Source: an uncultured Candidatus Saccharibacteria bacterium
GTDB lineage: Bacteria; Patescibacteriota; Minisyncoccia; Phycocordibacterales; UBA9973
Length of the DNA stretch: 64,000 nucleotides
Direction of reading: 5' to 3'
Assembly (NCBI GenBank): GCA_964591445.1
Contig: CAZQAW010000002.1
Span: 3,394 to 67,393, forward strand
In this document: positions 63,171 through 64,000 of the stretch, piece after piece
Numbering within the stretch: the stretch's first letter is position 1
Layout of the letters: each line of letters starts with the position of its first letter
Position numbers and translations under genes: made by a program
Notes under the pieces: model-generated
Told to the model about the DNA's origin: nothing
Databases searched by the model: none
Seen by the model: the letters and a program-made list of their open reading frames with translations, nothing else

Positions 63171-63194
63171 AAAAGCGCAGTGATGCGCTTTTTT
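63169..63194. terminator. Bidirectional terminator AAAAAAGCGCA-GTGA-TGCGCTTTTTT.
   Basis: Hairpin with flanking A and T tracts after the M23 peptidase gene. Confidence 0.6.
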
Positions 63195-63198
63195 AATA

Positions 63199-63313
63199 CC
63201 AAAACAATAAAACAAACATTCTGAAAGCAAGCTATAATTTTCTGCTGAAAATTTAGCCTGCTCGGCTCGACAGCCTCCGCAAGGCTTTCATAATATTTGT
63301 TTTATTGTTTTGG
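63199..63313 (-). ncRNA. Candidate structured RNA or repeat element, copy 3, in minus orientation. The core sits inside a ~30-bp stem whose outer arm overlaps the last four codons of the comM-like gene.
   Basis: Reverse complement of 63229-63284: AAGCCTTGCGGAGGCTGTCGAGCCGAGCAGGCTAAATTTTCAGCAGAAAATTATAGC. Arms CCAAAACAATAAAACAAACATTCTGAAAGC / GCTTTCATAATATTTGTTTTATTGTTTTGG have two mismatches, one of which is a G-U wobble only on the minus-strand RNA. Confidence 0.45.
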
Positions 63314-64000
63314 TCGATATTGCAACGCTTCCAAAACATGCTGTGTGGTTACATTTTCGCTTTCTGCCAAGTCTGCAATGGTGCGCGCGAGTTTGATGAC
63401 TCGGTGGTATGCTCGCGCAGACAGCCCGAGTTTTTCGGCTGTCGTATTTAAAAGTTTTTTCGTTTCTTCGGAGAGCGGAACATAACTTGCGAGGTCTCGT
63501 GTATTCATCTCTGTATTTGTGGTGATGCTACGCGGATGATTTTTAAATCTTTTTCTCTGTATTGCTCTTGCGCGTTCGACGCGTTTTTTTATTTCAGCAC
63601 TTCCTTCGCCTTCTCGTGTCGTAGTGCTCAACTTTTCATAATCCACTTCGCCGACGTGCGTCCAAATATCGACGCGGTCCATGATCGGCCCGGAAATTTT
63701 TCTTTGGTATCGCGCAATATCATTTTGTCGACAGACGCATTCTTTGTGAAGCGCGCCGCGGTTGCCGCATGGACACGGGTTCATCGCTGCGACCAAAATA
63801 AATCTTGATGGAAAAACGACCGAACCTTTGGCGCGAGAAACAGTGACCACTTTGTCTTCCAAAGGTTGTCGCAAACTTTCAATCACACGTTTTTCAAATT
63901 CTGGAAATTCATCGAGAAACAAAACTCCATGATGTGCGAGCGTGACTTCGCCAGGTTTTGGAAAGGTGCCACCGCCAATCATCGAAACGTACGATGCGGT
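63302..64000 (-). CDS. YifB/ComM-family Mg-chelatase-like AAA+ ATPase. Partial: the N-terminus lies beyond the window end.
   Basis: HHGVLFLDEFPEF (Walker B/sensor), RFILVAAMNPCPCG, and a C-terminal Mg_chelatase_C-like region (ARAYHRVIKLARTIADLAE). Confidence 0.8.
   Translation of the reverse strand, partial: TASYVSMIGGGTFPKPGEVTLAHHGVLFLDEFPEFEKRVIESLRQPLEDKVVTVSRAKGSVVFPSRFILVAAMNPCPCGNRGALHKECVCRQNDIARYQRKISGPIMDRVDIWTHVGEVDYEKLSTTTREGEGSAEIKKRVERARAIQRKRFKNHPRSITTNTEMNTRDLASYVPLSEETKKLLNTTAEKLGLSARAYHRVIKLARTIADLAESENVTTQHVLEALQYRPKQ

Noticed and set aside
1-64000. A search of the whole window for rRNA, tmRNA, RNase P RNA and SRP RNA primary-sequence hallmarks.
   Set aside because: None of the hallmark motifs were recognised by eye. 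Their absence should be confirmed with Infernal/Rfam.

Overview
Dense, moderately AT-rich chromosomal window with very short intergenic spacers and many signal-peptide or hypothetical proteins. The 805-aa PolA and 648-aa UvrD are short for their families. I infer (not demonstrated) a small-genome bacterium of the CPR/Patescibacteria type.

Main contents: (i) A classical replication-origin module at about 32-37 kb: dnaN and dnaA on the minus strand facing rpmH-rnpA-yidD-yidC-jag on the plus strand, with DnaA boxes and an AT-rich stretch. (ii) Dispersed DNA repair and recombination genes: ruvX, mutM, ruvA, ruvB, ruvC, polA, holA, and uvrD/pcrA. (iii) Three tRNAs: Ser-UGA, Arg-GCG, Lys-UUU. (iv) pilB, PBP1A, tyrS, ksgA, tsaE, rpsT, and an ECF sigma/anti-sigma operon. 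(v) A roughly 15-kb minus-strand locus at 37-52 kb with type-IV-secretion-like genes: a VirB4 ATPase split into two ORFs, a PrgI/VirB3-like protein, and a VirB6/TrbL-like polytopic protein, together with large secreted proteins. (vi) Two giant overlapping ORFs of 1196 and 913 aa at 55.5-61.9 kb. (vii) Two non-coding repeat families: a conserved ~50-nt core present three times, each embedded in a different 25-30-bp stem whose changes covary; and a GC-rich nested-palindrome MITE-like element, CCTCACCCC...CCCTCTCC-N-GGAGAGGG...GGGGTGAGG, one copy of which sits in-frame inside tsaE.

No rRNA, CRISPR array, integrase or transposase was seen. All functional calls come from by-eye motif recognition in the supplied translations, and none was checked against a database.
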